From Sedimentisphaera cyanobacteriorum (GTDB lineage: Bacteria; Planctomycetota; Phycisphaerae; Sedimentisphaerales; Sedimentisphaeraceae), in the NCBI RefSeq assembly GCF_001997385.1, contig NZ_CP019633.1:2790001-2822000 (forward strand): a stretch of 32,000 nucleotides of DNA, in the 5' to 3' direction. The position numbers were made by a program, and so were the translations under genes. This document shows positions 17,730 to 25,119 of this stretch, piece by piece. Under the pieces are notes generated by a model, which searched no databases, had not been told where the DNA came from, and worked only from the letters and a program-made list of their open reading frames with translations. How positions within the stretch are numbered: position 1 is the first letter of the stretch; every line of letters starts with the position of its first letter.

Positions 17730-19451
17730 ATGAAAAAAACAGCATTGTTATTGATATACTCTGCTGTATCCGCAGCAGTCTTGGCAGTTCCCGGCACAGC
17801 AGTGCACCATAAGAAGGCCGAGTCCGGCGTTTATGTAGGCTCGCCAGGGATAGCTGTCCTTGAAAACGGCGATTATGTGGCTAAATGCGATAATTTCGGC
17901 CCGAAGGCGAACCCGAATACTCTGGTTTTTCGCTCAGAAAATCAGGGCAAAACATGGCAGAAGATATCAGAGGCGCCTTGCTATTGGGCGAATATCTTTC
18001 TCCACAGCGGCTCGCTCTATATGATGGGCACAAGCCGGCCTCACGGGGATGCAGTTATCCTCCGTTCAGATGACGGAGGCGAAAGCTGGACTACTCCCGA
18101 AGACGAAAAATCCGGCCTGATCCTCACCGGCGGCAAGTATCATACTGCCCCTGTGCCTATAATATATTCTCACGGCCGGATCTGGCGCGGTTTTGAGGAC
18201 GCTATGGGAATCGGCGGCTGGGGCGACCATTTCAGGGCGTTTATGCTCTCGGCTCCAAACGGCTCTGACCTGCTCGATGCCTCAAATTGGAGAGTGAGCA
18301 ATCGTATCGGAGCTGATAAGGACTGGCTTGGGGGAAATTTTCACGGCTGGCTGGAAGGCAATGCAGTAGCCGGGCCGGATAACGAAATCTACAACATCCT
18401 CCGCGTGGATACCGACGACCGCAGGCTCGGCAGGGCCGCAATAACCGAATGCGGCTGGAACGGCAGAAAACTCACCTTCAACCCCGAAAGCGGATTTATA
18501 AATATGCCGGGAGGCGGGAAGAAATTCACCATCCGCTACGACAGAGAAACCGACAGCTACTGGACCATTTCAAATGCTGTCCTTCCTGCCAACACCCATA
18601 AATCAAAGAACAATGAGAGGGTGCGAAATGCAGCTGCTCTGCTAAAGTCTGAAAATTTAAGAGATTGGCAGATGAGGTGCGTTCTGCTGTATCACAAAGA
18701 CGATAAAAAGCACGGTTTCCAGTATATAGACTGGCTGATTGAGGATGAGGATATTCTTGCTGTTTCAAGGACGGCCTTCGAGGATGCCTACAGCGGAGCG
18801 GACAATCAGCATAATGCAAATTATCTCACTTTCCACAGATTCGAGGATTTCAGAGAGCTTGAAATGGAAGATTCTGCTGATGGTGCGCGCCCGGGAGAAT
18901 ATGCTTGGGACGGAAAAGACTGGCAGAAATGGCCTAATCTGCCAGCTCCGGAAAAGCCGGCCAAGCCGCCGCGGAAAACCCTGAAAAACATAACAAATAT
19001 CGATGTGCCCTCAGGAGAGGCGCTCTGGATAACAACCTATGTTAAAGTGCCGGCAGACTGGCAGGGCAGGAAGGTTTGGATTTTCGCAGGAAAAATTGAT
19101 GATGTCGATGATACTTACATCAACGGGCTGAAGGTGGGCAGCATCGGACGAGGACAGCAGGCTTGGGACATCAGAAGGGTTTATTCCGTGCCCGAAGGTG
19201 CTCTGCTTTCAGCTAAATGGAATAAGGTAAGCATCAGAATCGCAAATAACGAAGGTGCAGGCGGGCTCGAAGAAATCCCGTCTCTGTACACTATAGACCA
19301 AGAGATTAAGCTTACAGGCAAATGGCAGTGTTCAGATGTTGATGATACAGCAAATGCCGCAAGCCATTATTACAGCGATATAAAAGCTGAGGCAGAGAAA
19401 TATATGCAAAACATCGTGGCCGAGAGAGTACCCGCTGATATAAGCTATTAG
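17730..19451 (+). CDS. Secreted BNR/Asp-box beta-propeller (sialidase-like) hydrolase with C-terminal galactose-binding-like domain
   Basis: 573 aa with a signal peptide. Two Asp-boxes: SENQGKTW (starting at 17934) and SDDGGESW. The C-terminal ~150 aa resemble the GH2-N/sugar-binding jelly roll (ALWITTYVKVPADWQGRKVWIFAGKIDDVDDTYINGLKVGS...WNKVSIRIAN). Confidence 0.7.
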   Translation: MKKTALLLIYSAVSAAVLAVPGTAVHHKKAESGVYVGSPGIAVLENGDYVAKCDNFGPKANPNTLVFRSENQGKTWQKISEAPCYWANIFLHSGSLYMMGTSRPHGDAVILRSDDGGESWTTPEDEKSGLILTGGKYHTAPVPIIYSHGRIWRGFEDAMGIGGWGDHFRAFMLSAPNGSDLLDASNWRVSNRIGADKDWLGGNFHGWLEGNAVAGPDNEIYNILRVDTDDRRLGRAAITECGWNGRKLTFNPESGFINMPGGGKKFTIRYDRETDSYWTISNAVLPANTHKSKNNERVRNAAALLKSENLRDWQMRCVLLYHKDDKKHGFQYIDWLIEDEDILAVSRTAFEDAYSGADNQHNANYLTFHRFEDFRELEMEDSADGARPGEYAWDGKDWQKWPNLPAPEKPAKPPRKTLKNITNIDVPSGEALWITTYVKVPADWQGRKVWIFAGKIDDVDDTYINGLKVGSIGRGQQAWDIRRVYSVPEGALLSAKWNKVSIRIANNEGAGGLEEIPSLYTIDQEIKLTGKWQCSDVDDTANAASHYYSDIKAEAEKYMQNIVAERVPADISY

Positions 19452-19485
19452 TTCTGCGTTCATCAGCACACGAAATAAGCGAAAT

Positions 19486-19526
19486 CAAAAAAGGCAGGGT
19501 TTTCAGTTCCCTGCCTTTTATTTTCT
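19486..19526. terminator. Bidirectional rho-independent terminator between convergent genes
   Basis: Stem AAGGCAGGG (19491-19499) / CCCTGCCTT (19509-19517) with a 9-nt loop. It has an A-run upstream and a T-rich run downstream, so each strand reads hairpin plus U-tract. Confidence 0.75.
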
Positions 19527-19544
19527 CAGTTTGAACCTTGCGGG

Positions 19545-19964
19545 CTATTCAGTTTGAATATTGCTTTCGCCCTCGCCCTGTTCGCCTTGTCCCTGCTGCT
19601 GAGCGTTTGTCATATAAACATAAGACATCCGCAGCTGGCTGAGAGTTTCGTCGATATGCTTCTTTTCCTCTTCGCTGAGGTTCTCTCCGCATTTCTCTTC
19701 AAGTACGCTGATAAGGTCTATATGCAGCTTTGATACCGGAAGATTCATTACAGGATTGCCCTTCTCATCAGGCACAAGACCAAGTCCGTAGGCCGCCTGA
19801 GTGGCCAAAAGGTTTACAAGCACCTCGAAGCTCGCTTCAGGCATCTGGTTTTGATCCTGCTCGCCCTGCTCTTGATTTTCTTCTTCCTGCTGAAGCTTTT
19901 CTTTCTCTTGCTTTACTTGTTCTTTCCAGTCTGAGTCAACGTGAATGTTTTTTTCTTCACTCAT
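19545..19964 (-). CDS. DUF1844 domain protein (acidic, Q/E-rich termini)
   Basis: 139 aa. The core FEVLVNLLATQAAYGLGLVPDEKGNPVMNLPVSKLHIDLISVLEEKCGENLSEEE...LSQLRMSYV matches the DUF1844 consensus as I recall it. Confidence 0.7.
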   Translation of the reverse strand: MSEEKNIHVDSDWKEQVKQEKEKLQQEEENQEQGEQDQNQMPEASFEVLVNLLATQAAYGLGLVPDEKGNPVMNLPVSKLHIDLISVLEEKCGENLSEEEKKHIDETLSQLRMSYVYMTNAQQQGQGEQGEGESNIQTE

Positions 19965-20218
19965 AAATTCTCCAAACGTTTTCTAAATCTAAAATTGCTC
20001 ACGAAATTTCGTGCTGCATTCATTATATTATTTTCTACTATATTATGAAGCTTTAGTTTGCCGGCGGGTGATTTCTGCCGGAAAATTTTTCTCCAAACAC
20101 CTGTATGGTAAAATCATTCGCTCAATCTGCAATACATTTCTGTAATTAAAACAATTTTAAAGTCTTTAGTTTATCTGCAGAGCAAATTCGCCCGATGCTT
20201 AAGCTCTGCAAATATGAG

Positions 20219-20250
20219 ATAAAAAAAGCGGCTGCCATAAGACAGCCGCC
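20219..20250 (-). terminator. Rho-independent terminator after oadB
   Basis: Minus-strand GCGGCUG-ucuuaugg-CAGCCGC (plus coordinates 20249-20228), followed by U7 (20227-20221). It lies 28 nt after the oadB stop. Confidence 0.75.
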
Positions 20251-20277
20251 CGTTATTTTTTCTGCAAAGCAGTGTGA

Positions 20278-21741
20278 TTATCCGCCGCAGAGAGCCAGAA
20301 GCACACCCGCTGCTACAGCCGAGCCGATAACGCCTGATACGTTTGGCCCCATAGCGTGCATAAGCAGGAAGTTGTGCGGATTCTCTTCCACACCAACCTT
20401 GTTGGCAACTCTCGCAGCCATCGGTACAGCAGAAACGCCCGCAGCACCGATGAGAGGATTGATTTTGTCTTTTGCGAATTTGTTGTAAAGCCTTGCGATA
20501 AGCAGACCTGAAGCTGTTCCGATGCAGAAGGCAACAACGCCCAGCACGAGGATTCCCACCGTCTGGATGGTAAGGAATTTGTCGTATGCAAGCTTTGAGC
20601 CTACAGCGAGACCGAGCATTATCGTTACAATATTGATAAGAGAATTCTGCATCGTATCAGACAGCCTGTTTACAACGCCTGATTCCTTGCACAGATTACC
20701 GAACATAAGAGCACCAATCAGCGGGCACGCCGAAGGCAGAAGCAGTACGCACAGAGCCAGAACCAAAATCGGGAAAACTATCTTCTCAAGCTTTGTAACG
20801 TGTCTTAGCTGCTTCATCTCGATCATACGTTCTGATTTGCTCGTAAGAGCCCGCATAATCGGAGGCTGAATCACCGGCACAAGCGCCATATATGAATACG
20901 CCGCCACGGCAATCGCCCCGAGAAGGTCAGGTGCCAGCCGGCCGGAGAGGAATATCGCAGTAGGCCCGTCTGCACCGCCTATAATTCCGATAGCAGAAGC
21001 ATCCGAGAGGCTGAAGCCAAGAGGTGTAATCGCAAGCGCCATCAGAAGGGTAGAGAAAATGCCGAACTGAGCTGCTGCGCCGAGTATTGCCATTTTCGGA
21101 TTCGCTATCAGCGGGCCGAAATCAGTCATCGCGCCCACTCCCATAAAGATGATAAGCGGGAACAGACCGTTCTTAACGCCCATGCTGTAAATTATGTACA
21201 GAAAGCCGTCCGGATTCCCGGGAAGTCCGGGCTCTGCAATCCCCGCAACGGGAATGTTGGCAAGTATGCACCCGAAGCCTATCGGCAGAAGAAGCAGGGG
21301 CTCAAAGCCCTTGTTTATCGCAAGGAATATAAGAACCAGCCCAACGATAATCATAAGGAATCTGCCCAGGCCTTCTCCGCAGAAGCTTCCCTGCTGTTCT
21401 GCGCTTTCTGCCTGAGACTTTCTCTCCATTGCGGCCGCTCTTTCCTGAGCCTTTTCTTCATCTGTTGCAGGGTTGAAGAATCTGTAGATCCCTGTCTGCT
21501 TCCAGAGAAGCCCGAGTTTCTCGCCGAAGCCGCCGGACTGCTGATTTTCCGCCGGCTCTGCTGGTTCGTTTTCTGCTTCAGCTGCCTTCAGCACATTCCC
21601 AGCTTCTTTCTGAGCCGTATCTTCGGCCTGTTTAAGGGCGTTATCTGCGAAAGCAAAGCCGGCGGTGATAAGCCCCGCTGCAATCACAAATATAAAAGCC
21701 CTGAGGCCGGTCTTTTTATTTTCGTTAAGTAATTTATTCAC
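20278..21741 (-). CDS. oadB: Na+-translocating oxaloacetate decarboxylase beta subunit, with an atypical ~105-aa N-terminal extension/insertion
   Basis: 487 aa. The core from [19 protein letters not shown] onward (...[12 protein letters not shown]...GAAAQFGIF...[10 protein letters not shown]...) is typical of the OadB/GcdB/MmdB family. The GTG start at 21741 lies 10 nt after the oadA stop and is preceded by AAGGGGTGG. Confidence 0.85.
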   Translation of the reverse strand: MNKLLNENKKTGLRAFIFVIAAGLITAGFAFADNALKQAEDTAQKEAGNVLKAAEAENEPAEPAENQQSGGFGEKLGLLWKQTGIYRFFNPATDEEKAQERAAAMERKSQAESAEQQGSFCGEGLGRFLMIIVGLVLIFLAINKGFEPLLLLPIGFGCILANIPVAGIAEPGLPGNPDGFLYIIYSMGVKNGLFPLIIFMGVGAMTDFGPLIANPKMAILGAAAQFGIFSTLLMALAITPLGFSLSDASAIGIIGGADGPTAIFLSGRLAPDLLGAIAVAAYSYMALVPVIQPPIMRALTSKSERMIEMKQLRHVTKLEKIVFPILVLALCVLLLPSACPLIGALMFGNLCKESGVVNRLSDTMQNSLINIVTIMLGLAVGSKLAYDKFLTIQTVGILVLGVVAFCIGTASGLLIARLYNKFAKDKINPLIGAAGVSAVPMAARVANKVGVEENPHNFLLMHAMGPNVSGVIGSAVAAGVLLALCGG

Positions 21742-21751
21742 GGACCACCCC

Positions 21752-23563
21752 TTACATACTTATCTTCACGAGTAACTGGTCTGCCTTAACGCTGTCGCCT
21801 ACCGATACAGCAATCTCTTCAACAGTTCCGACGACGTGGGATTTAACTTCCGTTTCCATCTTCATTGCTTCGAGAATCATAAGGGTCTGCCCCTCATCAA
21901 CATCGTCGCCCTCGGAAACGAGAATCTTCACAACGTTGCCCGGAAGCTTCGCATTTACATTGTCCGTCTGGGCGGTTGCATTCGAGGAGCGTTTGAAGTT
22001 TTCCTGATCAACCTCGCCTTCTGAGCAGTCGAAATTGTATGTCTTGCCGTTTACCACTGCCTGAGAGCCTTTCACAGTAACGTTGTACTGCTTGCCCTCG
22101 AGGTTTACGCAGTATGCCTTTGCTCCGTCTTTATCTTCTGCGCCGGCATCTTTTTTGGGCTCATTCTTTCTGATATTCAGCTTTGCCTCGCCCTTTAGGA
22201 AGGTAACGCCTTTGTCTTTGCATGTAGCAACGATAAACACGTTTTCTTCTGTCGGCTCGATGCCTTCTGCCTCGCAGGTTTTGCGCGCCTGCTCAAGTCC
22301 CTTGCTCGAATCGCGGTCGTTAATGTCAACGGGCAATTCTTCAGTTGGCTCCAGATTGAGCTGCTCTGAGGCCTTCTTGATTACCTCTGGATCAGGCTCG
22401 CAGGGGGTTTTCCCGAAGTAGCCCAGAACCATCTTGCCGTAGCCGTCTGCTATCTTCTCCCAAGGCCCGAACATTACATTGTTGAATGCCTGCTGGAAGT
22501 AGAACTGTGATACCGGCGTAACTGATGTTCCGAAGCCGCCTTTGCGAACTGTCTCGCTCATGGCCTCGATGATCTCGGGATACCTGTCCATAAGACCGTT
22601 ATCACGAAGCATCTGGGTGTTTGCCGTAAGCGCTCCGCCAGGCATTGGGGACCAAGGGATAACCGGCTCAACCCTGCCTGCCTCAGGCGGGAAGAAGTAG
22701 TCTTTCATGCAGTCTTTGAATACTCTTTCAGCCTCGCGAACCTTTTCTGCATCAAAGCCGAGCTCGTAATCTGTTCCGCGAAGTGCATGCCACATTACAA
22801 GGGCATCTGTCTGAGCTGTTCCGCCGGATACCGGAGACATTGACAGATCCAGAGCATCTGCACCCCCGTCGAGGGCTGCCCTGTAGCACATTACGCCGTT
22901 GCCGGCCGTTTCGTGGGTGTGCATGCGAAGAGATATCTCCTCGGGAAGCATCTTCCTTGCAAGTTTCATCGTGTCATACACCTTTGCAGGCGTTGAAGTT
23001 CCGGATGCATCCTTGAAGCATACAGAATCAAACGGAATGCCTGCATCGAGAATCTTCTTCAAAACTCCCTCGTAGAATTCCGGCGTATGAGCGCCGCTGC
23101 ATCCCGGGGGCAGTTCCATCATACTAACAACCACTTCGTGCTTGAGCCCCGCGTCGTGAATGCACTGGCCGGAATAGGTCAGATTGTTTACATCATTCAG
23201 AGCATCAAAGTTTCTGATTGTTGTAATCCCGTGTTTCTTGAAGAGCTTTGCATGGGCATTGATTACATCCCTGCTCTGTGATTCAAGCCCCACAACGTTT
23301 ACCCCTCTAGCGAGAGTTTGAAGGTTTGCATCAGGTCCTGCTGTTTCGCGGAACCTGTCCATCATATCAAAAGCACTTTCGTTGCAGTAAAAGAAAAGAG
23401 ACTGAAAGCGTGCTCCCCCGCCTGCCTCAAAGTGCGTGATTCCTGCCTCTTTTGCAGCGGCGACTGCCGGCAGGAAATCCTCTGTTAATACTCGCGCTCC
23501 GTAACAGCTCTGGAAGCCGTCGCGGAATGCCGTGATCATAACTTCAATGTTTTTTTTCGCCAT
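21752..23563 (-). CDS. oadA: Oxaloacetate decarboxylase alpha subunit (carboxyltransferase + biotinyl carrier domain)
   Basis: 603 aa. N-terminal pyruvate-carboxyltransferase TIM barrel ([10 protein letters not shown]..., [18 protein letters not shown]). C-terminal biotinylation motif [11 protein letters not shown]. Confidence 0.9.
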   Translation of the reverse strand: MAKKNIEVMITAFRDGFQSCYGARVLTEDFLPAVAAAKEAGITHFEAGGGARFQSLFFYCNESAFDMMDRFRETAGPDANLQTLARGVNVVGLESQSRDVINAHAKLFKKHGITTIRNFDALNDVNNLTYSGQCIHDAGLKHEVVVSMMELPPGCSGAHTPEFYEGVLKKILDAGIPFDSVCFKDASGTSTPAKVYDTMKLARKMLPEEISLRMHTHETAGNGVMCYRAALDGGADALDLSMSPVSGGTAQTDALVMWHALRGTDYELGFDAEKVREAERVFKDCMKDYFFPPEAGRVEPVIPWSPMPGGALTANTQMLRDNGLMDRYPEIIEAMSETVRKGGFGTSVTPVSQFYFQQAFNNVMFGPWEKIADGYGKMVLGYFGKTPCEPDPEVIKKASEQLNLEPTEELPVDINDRDSSKGLEQARKTCEAEGIEPTEENVFIVATCKDKGVTFLKGEAKLNIRKNEPKKDAGAEDKDGAKAYCVNLEGKQYNVTVKGSQAVVNGKTYNFDCSEGEVDQENFKRSSNATAQTDNVNAKLPGNVVKILVSEGDDVDEGQTLMILEAMKMETEVKSHVVGTVEEIAVSVGDSVKADQLLVKISM

Positions 23564-23591
23564 TTTATTGCTTTCCTGTACCTTTCTTAAG

Positions 23592-23804
23592 TTATTGCCT
23601 TGACTTTGCTATAGCAATTACAGCTGCCAGTTTCGATTTTTCGCTGCCGCTTCCAGCAGAGCTCTCTTCAGCAGCCTTTTCCGGGAAGAATCGGCTGATT
23701 ATACCTGCTGATACGTTCATCACTAAAATCATCAGGACAAGGAAGATGAATACCATCCCCATCCCGACGAGCATAAAGATAAATCCTTCGCCTATGAGAT
23801 TCAC
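23592..23804 (-). CDS. oadG: Oxaloacetate decarboxylase gamma subunit (OadG-like membrane anchor); start re-assigned
   Basis: The track ORF runs to 23861 (a GTG). An internal GTG at 23804 is preceded by a perfect AAGGAG (23816-23811) with a 6-nt spacer, giving 70 aa: (M)NLIGEGFIFMLVGMGMVFIFLVLMILV... followed by an Ala/Glu/Ser-rich tail. That is the OadG architecture. Confidence 0.7.
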   Translation of the reverse strand: MNLIGEGFIFMLVGMGMVFIFLVLMILVMNVSAGIISRFFPEKAAEESSAGSGSEKSKLAAVIAIAKSRQ

Positions 23805-23887
23805 AGAATTCTCCTTATTTAATCTCGAGCTTAATATAATAAAAAAAATGCGCAAACGCACATTTCACGCATTTTAAATCCCGTGGT

Positions 23888-23916
23888 ATTAAAGTGATAT
23901 TATTGTGAAAAGTCAA
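23888..23916 (-). promoter_or_regulatory. Candidate sigma70-type promoter of the oadGAB operon
   Basis: On the minus strand: TTGACT (23916-23911), 17-nt spacer, TTTAAT (23893-23888), about 80 nt upstream of the oadG GTG. Consensus match only. Confidence 0.35.
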
Positions 23917-24012
23917 TACTTATTCGGCCGATTTTAGAATTTAATCAAATTTAAATGAAATTAAAAAGTTTGCCGAGATTCTGTTTACTGCTCTGGTTCT
24001 GTTTTGAACGAT

Positions 24013-24336
24013 TTAAACCGCTACTTTCATTCCTTCGTTACGGGCTATTTCTATTATAAGGTTTGAATCGTCCATTTCCCATTGTTCCCTCCCGCAGGGC
24101 AGAGGTTCTATTCTGCAGTCGGTGAAGGCTGCGATATGCCATAATTTGTTCACTTTTTCGCGAGTGAGATTATTGTCGAATTCTTCCGAAACAACCAGAA
24201 GATCAATATCGCTCCATTTCCCTGAATCGCCCCTTGCCTGCGAGCCGTACAAAACTGCAAAGTCTGCCTCAATTCCAGCCTCTGAAAGGGCTCTGAGATA
24301 CTTTTTTATGCTGTCTATAATTCTTCTGTCCAGCAT
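24013..24336 (-). CDS. Minimal nucleotidyltransferase (MNT; pol-beta superfamily), antitoxin partner of a HEPN toxin
   Basis: 107 aa with the motif LYGSQARGDSGKWSDIDLLVV (GS-x9-12-DxD). It sits immediately downstream of, and overlaps, the reconstructed HEPN reading frame. Confidence 0.85.
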   Translation of the reverse strand: MLDRRIIDSIKKYLRALSEAGIEADFAVLYGSQARGDSGKWSDIDLLVVSEEFDNNLTREKVNKLWHIAAFTDCRIEPLPCGREQWEMDDSNLIIEIARNEGMKVAV

Positions 24337-24692
24337 TGCAGGACTCTTTCAATTTTAGTTAAATAATTAATTGCCTGCTGCTCTGAGTAAGCGGGTAAAT
24401 GAAAATTTGGGTATCTTCCTTCTATGAAAAGAATTTATTTCAGATAGAAGCTCAAGCGTTTCATTCTGCACAGTTATATCTAATAAATTTACCAGCCTCA
24501 CTAAATTATGAATTCTTGGAGGAATATCATTATAAAGTTTGCAGTAATGAGCTCTTAGTATTTTTTCAACCGATAAATGAGCAAAAAACAAACCCTGCCT
24601 TATTTTTTTTGTTGAACTAAAGTTTTTGCAGCATCCATATCTTCAAGACTGCTGTCTTTCCAATAGGTGATTTGTTTTGATATATCTATCAT
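24315..24692 (-). pseudogene. HEPN-domain toxin gene interrupted by two frameshifts (or mis-assembled at homopolymers)
   Basis: Three collinear minus-strand segments. A is 24692-24600 (MIDISKQITYWKDSSLEDMDAAKTLVQQKK, then stop). B is 24591-24367 (the track ORF, ..FFAHLSVEKILRAHY..). C is 24434-24315 (ILFIEGRYPNFHLPAYSEQQAINYLTKIERVLQCWTEEL, then stop). A and C share one frame and B is offset. The junctions coincide with an A8 run (plus T8 24603-24610) and a T4 run (plus A4 24427-24430). Confidence 0.7.
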
Positions 24693-24970
24693 AAATTCAA
24701 TGGCATAAAATTAACGACTTGTATTTTACTTAAAATTTACGCTAATACAAAATATAAAAACACCGGCGTGGTGGTTTTAGCGAATTTCGAATAAAAAATT
24801 GTCGCACACGTCTTAATATTTTCAGCCTAATGAGAAAAATGGAGCAGCACAGCAAAGGCGTGTCGTATATAACCAACTATTTTACGTAATTTGCCATTTT
24901 TTTTGGTGCTCTCAGGATATATAATTAGAACTATCGAAAGAATTATTTTTTTGAGGTTTCAGAATGAAAT

Positions 24971-25003
24971 ATGGATTTGCCTGAAAATCCATTGATTTTT
25001 TTT
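24971..25003 (+). terminator. Terminator-like AT-rich hairpin + T8 in the long non-coding region upstream of the sulfatase operon (function unknown)
   Basis: ATGGATTT (24971-24978) / AAATCCAT (24985-24992) with a 6-nt loop, then tga + T8 (24996-25003). The stem is weak (2 G:C of 8), and no upstream plus-strand ORF exists for it to terminate. Confidence 0.3.
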
Positions 25004-25119
25004 AAAATTAAATCAAATAAACGGCTTATTTTGCAAGAATTTACGGTTTTTTTATCCAAATGTGCGTTTTAAATTGCGAAGATTTTGCTAAAATTAATGT
25101 TTTTGTAAGGAGCATCACA

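Noticed and set aside
23805-23861. Track start (GTG 23861) for oadG
   Set aside because: The extra 19 codons run through an A/T-rich promoter-proximal stretch and contain the AAGGAG that serves the internal GTG 23804.
24427-24610. Double programmed frameshifting as the normal way of expressing the HEPN gene
   Set aside because: The first site (A_AAA_AAA followed by TAA) is plausible for slippage. The second junction needs a +1 shift at TCT_TTT_C with no recognisable stimulatory context. Two programmed events in a 126-codon gene is far less likely than decay or homopolymer assembly error. I kept it only as a minor alternative in the finding.
24830-24889. 19-aa ORF (MRKMEQHSKGVSYITNYFT) in the AT-rich spacer
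   Set aside because: It is too short, has no SD, and shows no recognisable leader-peptide logic.
25060-25119. Track start ATG 25060 for the first sulfatase (extra MCVLNCEDFAKINVFVRSIT)
   Set aside because: No SD precedes 25060. A perfect AAGGAG precedes ATG 25120, and the protein then begins with a canonical Tat signal that is nearly identical to its paralogue's N-terminus.
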